A stretch of DNA of 64,000 nucleotides from assembly GCA_002269645.1 (NCBI GenBank), contig NIVC01000323.1:124001-188000 (forward strand), read 5' to 3'. Source of the DNA: Macrostomum lignano. Lineage: Eukaryota. The notes under the pieces were generated by a model. That model searched no databases, had not been told where the DNA came from, and saw nothing but the letters and a program-made list of their open reading frames with translations. Below, one piece after another: positions 22,588 through 36,294 of the stretch. Position numbers and translations under genes: made by a program. Positions within the stretch are counted from its first letter, which is position 1. Every line of letters starts with the position of its first letter.

Positions 22588-24569
22588 TTGGTCTGAGTGT
22601 GGAATGTCGGGTTGGAGCTGCATTTGGTCTGAGTGTGGAATGTCGGGTTGGAGCTGCATTTGGTCTGAGTGTGGAATGTCGGGTTGGAGCTGCATTTGGT
22701 CTGAGTGTGGAATGTCGGGTTGGAGCTGCATTTGGTCTGAGTGTGGAATGTCGGGTTGGAGCTGCATTTGGTCTGAGTGTGGAATGTCGGGTTGGAGCTG
22801 CATTTGGTCTGAGTGTGGAATGTCGGGTTGGAGCTGCATTTGGTCTGAGTGTGGAATGTCGGGTTGGAGCTGCATTTGGTCTGAGTGTGGAATGTCGGGT
22901 TGGAGCTGCATTTGGTCTGAGTGTGGAATGTCGGGTTGGAGCTGCATTTGGTCTGAATGTGGAATGTCGGGTTGGAGCTGCATTTGGTCTGAGTGTGGAA
23001 TGTCGGGTTGGAGCTGCATTTGGTCTGAGTGTGGAATGTCGGGTTGGAGCTGCATTTGGTCTGAGTGTGGAATGTCGGGTTGGAGCTGCATTTGGTCTGA
23101 GTGTGGAATGTCGGGTTGGAGCTGCATTTGGTCTGAGTGTGGAATGTCGGGTTGGAGCTGCATTTGGTCTGAATGTGGAATGTTGGGTTGGAGCTGCATT
23201 TGGTCTGAGTGTGGAATGTCGGGTTGGAGCTGCATTTGGTCTGAGTGTGGAATGTCGGGTTGGAGCTGCATTTGGTCTGAATGTGGAATGTCGGGTTGGA
23301 GCTGCATTTGGTCTGAGTGTGGAATGTCGGGTTGGAGCTGCATTTGGTCTGAGTGTGGAATGTCGGGTTGGAGCTGCATTTGGTCTGAGTGTGGAATGTC
23401 GGGTTGGAGCTGCATTTGGTCTGAGTGTGGAATGTCAGATTGGAGCTCCATTTGGTCTGAGTGTGGAATGTCGGGTTGGAGCTGCATTTGGTCTGAGTGT
23501 GGAATGTCGGGTTGGAGCTGCATTTGCTCTGAGTGTGGAATGTCAGATTGGAGCTCCATTTGGTCTGAGTGTGGAATGTCGGGTTGGAGCTGCATTTGGT
23601 CTGAGTGTGGAATGTCAGATTGGAGCTGCATTTGGTCTGAGTGTGGAATGTCGGGTTGGAGCTGCATTTGGTCTGAGTGTGGAATGTCGGGTTGGAGCTG
23701 CATTTGGTCTGAGTGTGGAATGTCGGGTTGGAGCTGCATTTGGTCTGAGTGTGGAATGTCGGGTTGGAGCTGCATTTGGTCTGAGTGTGGAATGTCGGGT
23801 TGGAGCTGCATTTGGTCTGAGTGTGGAATGTCGGGTTGGAGCTGCATTTGGTCTGAGTGTGGAATGTCGGGTTGGAGCTGCATTTGGTCTGAGTGTGGAA
23901 TGTCGGGTTGGAGCTGCATTTGGTCTGAGTGTGGAATGTCAGATTGGAGCTCCATTTGGTCTGAGTGTGGAATGTCGGGTTGGAGCTGCATTTGGTCTGA
24001 GTGTGGAATGTCAGATTGGAGCTGCATTTGCTCTGAATGTGGAATGTCGGGTTGGAGCTGCATTTGGTCTGAGTGTGGAATGTCGGGTTGGAGCTGCATT
24101 TGGTCTGAGTGTGGAATGTCGGGTTGGAGCTGCATTTGGTCTGAGTGTGGAATGTCGGGTTGGAGCTGCATTTGGTCTGAGTGTGGAATGTCGGGTTGGA
24201 GCTGCATTTGGTCTGAGTGTGGAATGACGGGTTGGAGCTGCATTTGGTCTGAGTGTGGAATGTCGGGTTGGAGCTGCATTTGGTCTGAGTGTGGAATGTC
24301 GGGTTGGAGCTGCATTTGGTCTGAGTGTGGAATGTCGGGTTGGAGCTGCATTTGGTCTGAGTGTGGAATGTCGGGTTGGAGCTGCATTTGGTCTGAGTGT
24401 GGAATGACGGGTTGGAGCTGCATTTGGTCTGAGTGTGGAATGTCGGGTTGGAGCTGCATTTGGTCTGAGTGTGGAATGACGGGTTGGAGCTGCATTTGGT
24501 CTGAGTGTGGAATGTCGGGTTGGAGCTGCATTTGGTCTGAGTGTGGAATGACGGGTTGGAGCTGCATTT
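22579..24569. repeat. 36-bp minisatellite (GGAATGTCGGGTTGGAGCTGCATTTGGTCTGAGTGT), about 55 copies
   Basis: Period of 36 (22621 vs 22657); 12-aa periodic ORFs in four frames. Confidence 0.97.
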
Positions 24570-25429
24570 GCGTCGGAAGATGGCAGAGGATGAGAGGAAA
24601 GAGCGAGGAGGCGGAGAGAGAGGGCGGAAGGAGAGGGAACTGGGAGAGGGCAGATGTAGAGAGCGGAATCTCAGCTCATTCCCCGCGCTCAACAAACTGA
24701 CCAGTTAAGCTGAGTCTTCCGTGATTTCTCAGAGTTTCCAGAATTCAGTCCGCAGTCACTCTCTCAGAGGCGGTGGGGAGGGCCTTGCAGCTCACTGCAG
24801 CTCACTGCATGCACAGCGGGGCTGCATTCGAAGGCTCTGCTGGGCCCGGCTTGGAGGCGGAGGCGCAGCTGATGGCGGCAGAGCCGCTGCAGTTGCTGCG
24901 GGCGGCCCCACGGCCTCCCTGCCTGACTTTGCATGCGGGCTGCGGGAGCGCCGGCTGCGCCACCCAAGCCAGGGAGCGCTGGAGATGTGCAAGAGTGACG
25001 TCAAAGAGTGGGGCGCAGGCTGACCAGCTTAGGCTGGAGAAACGTTTAATATCTGCGGAGTCTCGGTGCTTTTCGAATAGAAACCAGCAATTGGCGACTT
25101 CTCCCCTGTTATGGAGGCAACAAAGAAAGGAATAAAACAGTTTGAATTATCTACAAGTAGCTTTTCACAGAATTTCTTCAAAAAGATTATGTTAAAAGCA
25201 AGAAGCATCAGCCCTGAAAGCCAGCCATCTGGCCTCAGATATCAGCATCTCCTGTGAGCTTTGGCATCAAAGCCTCCCTTTAGGGCTTGACTTAACCCTA
25301 AGTCTGCCTTTGATACCTGGCCAACAAAAAACTCCCAATTGACCTTTGAGATCTCAGCAGCCCCATATGCCACAGAATTCGTCAGAGACAGACATCTCAG
25401 GAATGCATCAGAGTGGACCACATGTACTT

Positions 25430-25800
25430 CAGGCTGACTCGAAGCAGTAGCAGCGAATTCCAGTTCCAGCTACCACGCGTACCATTGGACCGGACCGAGC
25501 CCTAATTGCAGCTGGTGCGACATTCGGCTGGCAATGAGGAACCACCGCGTTTTGGACTCCCCGTCCATTGCAGAGCCTCAGCAAGTTGGGCATTGCAACG
25601 TGACTTATGGAATTATGAGCTGTTCCCTCGAATGGCTTTCCAGCAGCTGCAGAGTTTTCAAAGTGATATTGAATCCCAGTGACTCTACGTGAGGTGCTCC
25701 GGAGTTGCCCGCAGGCAGCTGAGCGCCGATGAGGTGCGGCAGGCGATGTTAATGCCCGACACTTTATTGATACTTCATCATTGTGAGACAGACTCCAGAC
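25430..25800 (-). mobile_element. Second fragment of the same degenerate LINE
   Basis: SPAAPHRRSAACGQLRSTSRR matches SPAAPRQHSTAFGRLRSTSRR at about 20550. Confidence 0.5.
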
Positions 25801-26744
25801 CATCGGAGGTCCTCTTCATGATGGGTTGATGGTGTGCGCAATAAACAACTACGAGTACCCCAAAAAAGTTGACAAATTCTCATGCTGTACGCTGGTGCAT
25901 GTACCTTAACGTTACTTCCTGAATGAGTCCTCGATTCAGCTAAAAGGACCTCTTGGGCTGGACGCTGGTTTGAGTCGTTCAGAACATCGTAGAGAAAAAG
26001 GGGGTTGGCTATTTGACTTCTGATGAGGACGGCCTTTTACTTCTTCTTTCCTTCCCTCTCCCCATCTTCCCCATTCTTTCCTTCCCTTTCCTCATCTTCC
26101 CTATTCTTTCCTTCCCTATTCTATTCTCTCATCCAATCTCAGCCTTAGCTGGTTCACTGCTGCCAGCAGTCTCAGGCATCAACAGTCAGCAAGTTTGTCA
26201 GGGTGTTTAGCAAGCTCTGACTCGACAATATCTCACCACATGGCCGACTCCAGACTCGCAGATGAAGCAGCAAGTTTGTGTTGGTATTTGAGGAAAGAAA
26301 GTTGTGTTTACCGACATGCTAATAAGCGACTGTTGTGCGGAATCAGTTAAGAAAAGATCAGGATGACTCTGCTTATGAATTGACGAAGTCCCAGCGGAGA
26401 AGAAGGCACATGCCAAAAAGCACATGATGTACATGCATTGGATAATAAATCATCAAAACAATTGATTATTATTAACTGATTAAATTATAATTAAATTAAC
26501 AAAATTTAAATAGAGAATTAGTTTAAAAAACAAGAGTTTAGTAGCTCTGGACTCGATAATTTTTCGTATGCAGTCACTGATAAATTATACCATTAATATC
26601 ATTACCATTTATAATACGAGCTACCTTCGATCGATAAAGCGATTATAACAACGGCTTTATCGTGTGTGCAAAAGTAAACCATTTTTTCATATTTTTGAAA
26701 GTGTACATGTGTAATTTGTTTAACTTGCTTTAACATACATAATT

Positions 26745-27399
26745 CAGGTGTCGAATTAGAAGGAGGAAATCAGTCAGCTGTCCAGACTTGTTGGCGAGGG
26801 TAGGAGTTGCTTTTGTCTCAACCACCGCATCCCTCACACCGCGGCCTCACCAGAGGAAATATGTGCCTATCTGCTACTTATGTTTACTAACACTAAAAAT
26901 GTGTTATTTTTTGCCTTTTTCATCGCGATATTCTCATCATACTCATGTTGCACTACTGATGACAGTAGAAATGAAACACGAGGATAGGATTTATGACTTA
27001 TCAAGTACGAATACATGTAAATGAAAATTATACGTATAGTACGTGATACACATGCAGGCTCTCATAAAGGTTTGCATGTGTGAGAGTGCTTTCCTTCGGC
27101 AGAAGGGGCGCATGCAAAGCTTAAAATCATGTTTTTTTTATTCACTTCGATTGTAAGTATTCTACTGATATTTAAATATTGTTGTACCGATATGTACCGA
27201 AGACAACATATTAAAACTTGGATTGAGCCTTAAAGAGATAGACGGTAAATTATTTGAAAATTTGTGCAACGTGGCCGTGTGGCAAAAGTGGGTGTCAAAT
27301 TAGCAATGAGGGGCTGCCAGTCCGGACAGTATGGACCGCCCGGAAGAAGGCAAAGGAAAAAGTCGATCAACACCGGTTTCCCTCATGCCGCGGCCCACC
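26745..27399 (-). ncRNA. Second, diverged pair of candidate structured RNA units (A2 about 26745-26851, B2 27284-27399), probably partly decayed
   Basis: Same GGTG(G/A)GGCCGCGG..TGAGGG 5' end, the same 3' CTAATT.GACACC motif and the same upstream blocks. A2 lacks the T-run and B2 has an internal T5. Confidence 0.35.
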
Positions 27400-28319
27400 T
27401 GGGGAAATAAATGTCTATTCTGCTATTTATGTTGCAATTCATTCCTAAAAAAGGATTGTGAAATGTTTATTGCTTTTCATTTGAAACGTTCTCATCGTAC
27501 GCATTTAACGCTACTGAGTTGTGAGTTGACAGTAGAAAGTTATGTTTTGGCGAACCATTTTAATAGCAATTTCGAGAAGCCTAGACATGCACTAATGATC
27601 GCTTTACTGAACTATTAAACAACCCAAATTAATAGACTCGTACACGTGATGCTGGCCGAACAGGCTGTTTTACTTCAGCTAATCCTATAATATGCTACTG
27701 CTACTGCTACTGCTACTTCTGCTATTACCGCCCAAGGGCATCATCGCCCTGGATTTTACGGTGGGGTTTCTTAGTTTCAAAGCTAAGAATTCTACATGCA
27801 CATGTACATCCAAATCTCTGCTCACGCGCGTATTACGTGTGTATTATATAGCTCGTACGTGCGGCAATCACGTGCGTAATTCACACGTAATTGACGAACG
27901 TAGAACACACGTTTTGTGTCACCTTTTAACGCGAATCTACGTGTGTAAAGGATACGCGCAGAATACACGAGTGAGTTACGCGCCAAAAACGCCCGCTTTA
28001 CGCACACTTTACACGAATAATACGCGCACGTGTGTATCATTCATCCATTAAATATGCGACTGGAAGATAATAGTTGAGGCACGGATATCGCACGACAGAC
28101 GTATTTAAATAGATTGAGGTCCACAAAAGACGCACGGTGGATGTGTATATAAGTTGATAGAGGCGCACACATAAAGGAATGATAGATGCGCGTTTACATG
28201 TAAATAGACGTACATGTACAGGTTACGAACAAAGGGTTTTCTTAAATTGATAAGAGAACAAAGCAATAGAGACATACAGAGGTCTACTATAGTCGAGATA
28301 TGGAAAAAGCACGATAGAT

Positions 28320-29340
28320 GCATGTACATCCTGAGCGGTTTGAGAGGCGTGCGGTGGGTCCATGACGACATCATCATCTTTGCCAGCACCATAAAAAAGC
28401 ACAACGAGAGGCTGCGCAATTCCCTCGACAGGCTGAGCCAACGTGACTCTGAACCCGCGCAAATTCCGTATCGCCACCTAGCAGGCCGCCAATTTCAAGC
28501 GACTATAGAAGATGCAACGGAGGAGCGGTCCTTTCTCGGACTCGTCACATTCGTAGCCCGCTTCATCCCTCATCCCGAGGCCACTTCGAGAGCTGACCAA
28601 GAAGAATTTGAAATGGTGGTGGGGCCACATCAAGCCTCGACTCAGCCCTCCAGTCCATCAAGCAGTCGGTCACACAGCTCCACGCTTGCCTTCTTCAACA
28701 AGAACTGCGAGACCAGGCAGATTGTCGCCGCCAGCCTGACCGGCGCGATCCTCGCCCATGCAGGTGCAACCGGGCGGCCTCACCAGGCCAATCGCCTACG
28801 CCAGCCACAGCTTCAGTGACACCGAGCAGCGCTACTTGCAGACAGAGAGGGAGGCGCTGGCCGTCGAATTCGGTTGCCTCAAATTCCACCACTTTTTTAG
28901 CGGCTGCCCAAAGTCAAAGGTCATCGGTCATCACCGACCACAAGCCGCTGGTTATCCTGCTCAGTCCCGGTTCGCGGCTCCCGCCGCGTATCGAGCGCAT
29001 GGTACTTCGGCTGCAGGACCTCCTTTGAAGTCACCTACCAGCCGGGGGCAGACAACCCGGCAGATGTCCTGAGCCGCCAGCCACGTCCACACCGCCGAAC
29101 AACGAGGGCAAGGATCTTGACACGGCCTACATCGCAATGGCGGCTGACCGCAGCGCCGAACAGCATCATCAGCACCTCGAAACGATCAAGGTGGCCTCCG
29201 CAAGCGACAGGGCGATCCAAACCACCGTATCCGGGCTCTGGTCCCATCGGTGGCAACTCGACAGCCACGACACGTGCAGTTTACACGGCCTGCGGCATGA
29301 GCTCTCTCAGCATGACGGACTTCTGCTGACGGACGGTGGC
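28320..29340 (+). mobile_element. Degenerate Ty3/Gypsy pol fragment (RT, RNase H, linker) with frameshifts
   Basis: VHDDIIIF, RSFLGLVTFVARFIP, IAYAS...EQRYLQTEREALAV, TDHKPL, PPRIERMVLRLQ and PGADNPADVLSR occur in shifting frames. Confidence 0.85.
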
Positions 29341-32134
29341 TGAGCTGTCGGTTGCAAATCTGGCTTAATTAATTGGAGCAGGTGTATTTAGTTGATTGGG
29401 GTCAATGCATTTAAGATGCATTTTTGTAGGCGCCACTCAAAATGCAGCCTCTGTCTAAAATGATTGTTTTAAATAATCAATATTGATTTGGATCCCCGCG
29501 GTGGCGACGTCCTACTAAGCTGTTACAGCCGGAGGTTTTTTCCTGATGTCCAACTCTGAAAACTATTATAAGCAATATGACAATATTCGCGTATACCCTT
29601 TGTTTAGAAGACATCATTTATTAGCATCCCTATACTATAATCTTGTCATTGTGGTTAAATGCCGAAAAAAATACGTAAATTTTAAAATCATGTTTGATAG
29701 CAGGTTTTAAAGTCTAGGGTCGTTCGCAAATTCTAGGAGGAGCAAAAATTTTAACAATTTTCCGAACATTTACTATTGTTACTGCCATATTGAAAATAAT
29801 AGGACACTTTTATCTGTGAATAAAGATAATTTTTGGGTTGAACTTTATCATACAAAAGTGTTTTTAATCATCTGGCGGTATTAAGCGATAATTAGCGATG
29901 AAAAAATTCAAATTCAATCATTTCACCGATGTTAATTTTTGATACTACAAGATGTCTGTAGCTAAAAAAAGTTGTTGTTGTGTTGAAACCATGCTAAATT
30001 ACATTTAAAATGAAAGCTTATATAAATTTAATTTAAGAATTTTTTAAAACTCAATAAACTGCACTACAAATGATTTTATAGACGCTTAACTGTACGCCTA
30101 GCATTTCCGGTGGGATAGCCTCTTTGCGTCTCACAAAATGTATTTTTCGGCTGACGTCTAGAATGTGCGCTTAAAATGATACATTTTGATGCAGATAATT
30201 AGAAAAACATGTCTTATTATCTTTTTGTAAAAATTTTTTTATGAAATAGAGCACTATTGTTGATAAAAATAATTAAAAGCAACCATGCATCGCAATAAAC
30301 TCCTACTTTGAAGCACAAAATAAATATCCTGTAACCACACTAGCATTCTCCATGGAGCACCTTTTGAGCTGAAATTTTACAAAGATATCCAGTAAAGTAA
30401 ACTGAGCAAATGATTTTTTTGTTTTTGAAAATACTTCAATTTGGCTATGTATCAGTTAGTTCATTGGACATATTTATTATATTTTTATTAAAATCCTTGT
30501 AACCAAGCTACAGAGAAACATGTGCAAAACTGGACCTTGAAATTTGACCTGAATGATCAGCAAATGTGTATTTCGAAATGATTTTTTTTGTACGATTATT
30601 GGTCGATGTATAAACTTTTTTTGCAATAACAAAAAGTTGTGACCTAGCTTTGAGAACGACCCTCTACCCAAAATGGCAAAATGAATGGTCAAAATGCAGG
30701 GGGTACTTCAAATTTGTATACTGTTCTCACTAAAGCACCATTTCAGCTACGCGATCTCTTATTTTTTAATACGTTTTTTGATTTCGAATGTCCTAGTAGT
30801 ACGGCCTCTAATTATTTAGTTAAAATTTATTTGCTTCAGTAATAAGTTCTAAGAAACGCGGCGCTTGATTTAAAAGTATAGACAATTTTTTTCACTGAAA
30901 TGAAACGATCTGTGCAATCCACTGAATGTTCATCGTCAGCAGAGCTAAAGACCGTCAACATCCATCATCAACTGTGTATAATGTAGATATAGGCTTAATG
31001 AGATTATTACTATATTATATAATTATCACCACTAGGCTTAAGCCAAGCTTGTTTGGGGCCGACTGTTCTGTATTTATTATATTTCTAATCCTAAAAATTC
31101 CTAATCGGGCTAATCCTAGTTATCAGAATACTTTTTTTCTGCCTAGAGTCTGCTACTCAATTAGGCCTACTTCTAAGTAATTGTGCTAGCATTTATATCA
31201 CTAGGCCTAGCCTAGTTCTCATTCCCAAGATTCACAGTTTTTAGAAATTGGGATTTTTCTGATCAAAAGTTGTTAATAGTTTAGTTTGTCGTTTTTTCCT
31301 TTAAATCTAAATGTAGGCTGGCTATATAATGGCTATAAGTATTTATAAATTGTTGTACTTATACCGTGCAAAGTCAAAGGATAAGGTAAGGTAACTGGTA
31401 CAGTAACACTAACACTAACAAATAGTAGTAGGCTACCATAGACATAGTAAGTTTAGTAGGCCTAACTTTACTTAGTAAGTTGCCACTGCCAGTTGCCAAG
31501 TTGGTCACCATTGCCAGTTGGCATTCAGTGATGGTAATTGATGTGACTATTTAAATTCTACTATTGGAATTGATTGAATTACTGATTTACAGAATTATAT
31601 GGTAAATTTATGACATTCCCAATTGAATCAAATTTAAATAAATTAAAAATTAAAATAAAAATTTATAGATTTATTTAGGAGATAAAATAAATATTCAGAC
31701 AAAAACTAACAGCAAGAACAACAGCAGCAGAAAATGAGACAAGTAAGAAAAACAAAAAAGAAAAGTTAAACTCATCACTCATTAGTCATCAGGCATCAGC
31801 ATCAGTCTATGATCTATTTATAAGTCCTATGACTTTGACTATGAGTATGACTGACTATCAATTTATTTTATTTCTATCCCTATCAGTATCAGTATAACAA
31901 TATCAATATAGTATACATGACTTAATTATAAATTCTAAATACTATTACATTATGTAAATTAAAAAAAGGATTTAAAAATTTAAATCAGTAAAACAAAATT
32001 GTTTAAAAGAAAAAGACTGAGAACCCTAAAAGGATGTAAAAGAAAATTAGTTGCTGAAAATTTAGCAAATTTCAATTTTTAGCAATTTTGAGCAAAATGT
32101 AGTGGTGCTTTTGTAGCATAAGCTAAGCCAAAAT

Positions 32135-33218
32135 CAGTGGTCCCAGTGCGGCGCAAATTTGCGCCTGGTGCAAATAAGGCGCATTTAGGCAAATTTTACA
32201 GCAATGGTGCAAATTTTTCCCAACTGATTGGTACAAAATTGGAGCTAAACAGCTCCAAATTGGACAAAAACAGTTGCTTTAATCCATTTTTCTTAAATAT
32301 TCAAAAAAGTTATTACATTATTAGGGACAATGAAGCCAGTAAATATCATAGGAAAAATGCAAGAAAAAAATGTTCAAAACAAAGGGTAAAATGGTATACT
32401 CGTTGCTAATGATAAGTAGCCTCTGCCAAGAAGTTCTATAATTAGCAATCTAGAGTGGAAGCAAGTTTTACCTCATGATACCACACCAATTGTAAAGAGA
32501 AGGAGCCAGCACTGAATGTTTATGGGTCTGTTTGACTCTGTCTATGCTAGTCTGGCCTCATGAGGTAAAACTGAAAAACTCATTTCCACTCCAGGTTGCT
32601 AATTATAGAACTCCTTGTCTTTGCCCAGATCTAGACCGAATGCAATCTATGGTTTAAATTACAAAATTTTATTTAGCATTTACTTAAATTCAAATGGAAT
32701 TAATGTATTAATATACTTAACACTTTTCGATCTTCAAATTTTAAATTATTCAGTCTTATGCTATATCTAGGCTGTTAAAATCAAAATTCATTATTACAAC
32801 AGTTTAATTATGTTTTATTGTTAAGTTAGCAGTAGGTCTTGTCTGACTTCCTGCTATTTTTTGTGGTTCCTTATATTTTGTTCTAATTTTTAAACTTTAA
32901 TCAACTAATTCAAACTAAAATGCTACTAATATTTTATTTGTAATCCTTGGCTGCTGGAATCATTAATTTCTAAAAACAGTGTAAGAGGTACATGTATACT
33001 AAATTTTGCTGTCAGGTAGTTGTAGTTGCATCAAATGTCAATGCAGTTTGCATTTTTGCTAACATTTTTGTCACAGCATACTGTGTACCTAAAAAATTAC
33101 AGAACACCTTTTCTAGGTTGTGCACGCCATGTGACTTTAAGCTAGGCGCAAAAAAATAAAATGGTGCAAAAAAATAGAATTGCGCAAAAAATCAATGACC
33201 TACTTGCTGGGACCATTG
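32135..33218. mobile_element. hAT-like non-autonomous DNA transposon (MITE)
   Basis: TIR CAGTGGTCCCAG / CTGGGACCATTG. The 8-bp flanks GCCAAAAT and GTCAAAAT match at 7 of 8 positions. Confidence 0.7.
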
Positions 33219-33411
33219 GTCAAAATTCAATTTAGCGAATTTTTTAAATCGTAGCAGCGCCATAGCGAATTTCAAATTTAGTGCCCACTATGCCTATCAC
33301 TGCTTTCTTTTGCCAGAAAGTCCTACAAAAACTAAAAATCCAGATTTGCCAAAGCATCTTTTGCCAAAAATTCCTTTGCCAAAATGGTCTGCATGCATTC
33401 ATAGACATGTC

Positions 33412-34561
33412 CAGTGTTGGGCACTTCCGTTGGGCAAGTTACTTTTTCGTAAAGCGTTCCTTACGCAAGTTACTTTCCTATTTTGGTAACGGAGTAACGG
33501 TAAGTTACTCAAATTTCGGAAGTCCGTTACAGTTACTTTGCAACAATCGCAATATTTAAATTTAAAACTGATATGCTTAGCTATTACGCCAGTTGTCACA
33601 TTTTTAGCATTTTTCATTCTTAAATTCAAAACTAAGTGAATAATATCATACGGTATTACGCTGTAATTAATAAAGAAATACTTGAAACATGTTTTTACTT
33701 TGTTATTTTCGGTAAAATATTTTTGCTTTTCGTTTTTAAGTTAATAAAAATATTTTGTTTAGTTCTTAGAAACAAACAACCAAAGAAAGAAATTCATCTG
33801 TAGTCTCCACAAATCCACTCAGTGATCGACGTAGCCAGGAATTTTAATTGGGGGGGGGGCGGGTTGGCCTGGCTGGCCATGCCTCATGCACCCGCCACGC
33901 CCAACCCCACCCCCCTGGTGGGGTGTCTTGCAGGTGGGGTGAAGTTGCCGCCCCAACGATTGTTAAGGCGGCCTCCCTGGCTACACCACTAAAGTCCACT
34001 GGCACTGCACTGCACTGCACAATAATTTAATATTAATGAATTGAAAAATAATTGAAAAAATTGAAAAAAAATTCAAATAATTGAAAATAAAAAGACTAGT
34101 AAAGCAGACTGTAGAGTGGAGTAAAGCCAGGTACTTATTACGAGCGATGTATTATCAAGGACAACTGAAGTTACGTTAAGTTGTCCTTGTGTATTATAAC
34201 TTATAATGTTATTAAAAATTAAATTGCGTTTTGCCTTTAACGTTTCTGACCTTCAGCTTCTCTTCTTTTTACGGAAAGGGCCTAAAGTGATTAAAATTTA
34301 ATACAGTTACTGAAATTAATTTTGTTGTATTTTTCCTTCTGGCTTTCGCGATCATTTGTGCTGTTCCAGCACATTTGCAATGTTAAAAAAGCAGAAAATT
34401 TTGTTTATAACATAGGTAACGGAAGTAAGTAACGGAAGTAACTTAAAAGTTACCGGGTTTTTGTTCAAAGTTACTAGGCTAACGTAAGTTACTTTTTAAA
34501 AAGTGGTAACTTAAGTTACAGTAACGCAAGTTACTTTTTTTGAGTAACTTGCCCAACACTG
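33412..34561. mobile_element. hAT-like non-autonomous DNA transposon (MITE)
   Basis: TIR CAGTGTTGGGCA / TGCCCAACACTG, a perfect 8-bp TSD GACATGTC on both sides, and subterminal GTAAC/GTTAC motifs. Confidence 0.88.
33820..33992. mobile_element. Small MITE nested inside the 33412-34561 element
   Basis: Imperfect TIR (C)AGTG..CGTAGCCAGG / CCTGGCTACACCACT. The flanks AATCCACT and AGTCCACT match at 7 of 8 positions. Confidence 0.55.
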
Positions 34562-36294
34562 GACATGTCATTAGGGAAAAAGCCGAAAGGGTATTAGAGG
34601 GCAATTGTTTTTTGCATAGTATTGTGTAAATATTGCCATTGTTATTTATACAGTAATTGAAATAAATACCTTTTAAATATTTACCTTATCAGGGACTACA
34701 AATGCAACTCATTCGCCCTTAAAACAATGGATTTGTCGTCAAATATAATAGAACCATAGCTATAAGTACTGCATAGTCATAGTATATAAAACTAGTATTT
34801 CACTAGTACATTAAGCCCCCATGGGGGCATTCAAATTCAAAATCCAAACATTGAAAGCATAAAAAAATAATTTTTGAATACTTGACCCACTTCCAAATCA
34901 ATTTTTTCATTGTTCAAAATATTATATATTGAAAGCAATATTGAAAAGTTGCCACTCTCCCTGCCAGTGAGCAATTTCTCTTAAACTATTCTGAAATGAA
35001 AGATACAAGAAAACAAATTGGATGGCTTTAATCCATTCAACAAAACCCTTGCACACTGCATGCCCCCCTCACTTCATTCCTCAACTCAAGCCATCTGTGG
35101 CAAAGCAAGTTGCGTCACTCGCAAAGATAGAAAGACTTTACCTGCACTCTCAAAAGTGGCAACCACAGATGGAATCTTCTGTGATGGCAACTTTTCAATA
35201 TTGCCAAGTATATATAAGCATACTATGATACTAAGCCCCAATGGTGGGCATTCTAATAAAAATTCAAACATTGAAAGCATTAAAAACTTTGTTTTTCAAA
35301 TATTTGACCCACTAACAATTGGTGTAAATATAAATAAATTTTATTTACCAATTTGCCAAATAAATCCTAATTAATTAGGCCTATTAGCTACTGCCCCAAT
35401 CTGCAATTGCGTCACTTGGTATTGTATTCATAAAATAAGACAAGATCAGAGCAGTTTAGGGGATTGATAAATTTCAGGCCAGCTTTTTAACCCCCACACC
35501 TTATGCACCCACTCTTTCATCCTATATACTAAAAATGGTCTGTCTGTGTCTATCTATGTGATCGATTAGAGAAAAAATGGCTGGACCGATTTTGTTCGAA
35601 CTAGCACTGTTCGATCAGAAATTTTCCCGTGACTGTACATGCATCGTGGCTAAGAAATTGCTCGATGCTAAAGGCATTAAATCCTATATACTAAAAATGG
35701 TCTGTCTGTGTCTATCTATGTGATCGATTAGAGAAAAAATGGCTGGACCGATTTTGTTCAAACTAGCACTGTTCGATCAGAAATTTTCCCGTGACTGTAC
35801 ATGCATCGTGGCTAAGAAATTGCTCGATGCTAAAGGCATTAAATATTCGAAAAACATACTTTTTTTGCAAAGGTCAAGCAAACTTTTTGACTTGAAATGC
35901 ATTGTAAGAATGCTAGAGAAAAAACTGACTGGTTGAATTCTGATTCTGAAATAGATTGCATCATAACTGAATTGTAACTCCGACTTGAATTGAAAATGCA
36001 GTGTGGAAGCGTAGCACCAGACTTGATTTAAATTGCGTAACCATATTGTTAACTGATACTGACTGACTGAGAAACTGATTATGTCATAACTGCTTCGTGT
36101 GATTTACTCTATGCTTGGATTTTCAAGTGTTGAATTATATAAGTGCAAAATTTGATCTTATCAAAACGATGAGAGCTAGCCTAGAGGTGAACACACTGAA
36201 CTGCTAAATGCAGCGATGATGGTTCGAATTTTCATAGAGTATAATTTTTTTAATTAAAGCTTTTCAATGTCAGGAAAACTAAAAGACTTTTTAA

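Noticed and set aside
22518-24700. 542-725-aa ORFs in four frames
   Set aside because: They are translations of a 36-bp minisatellite with no independent coding evidence.
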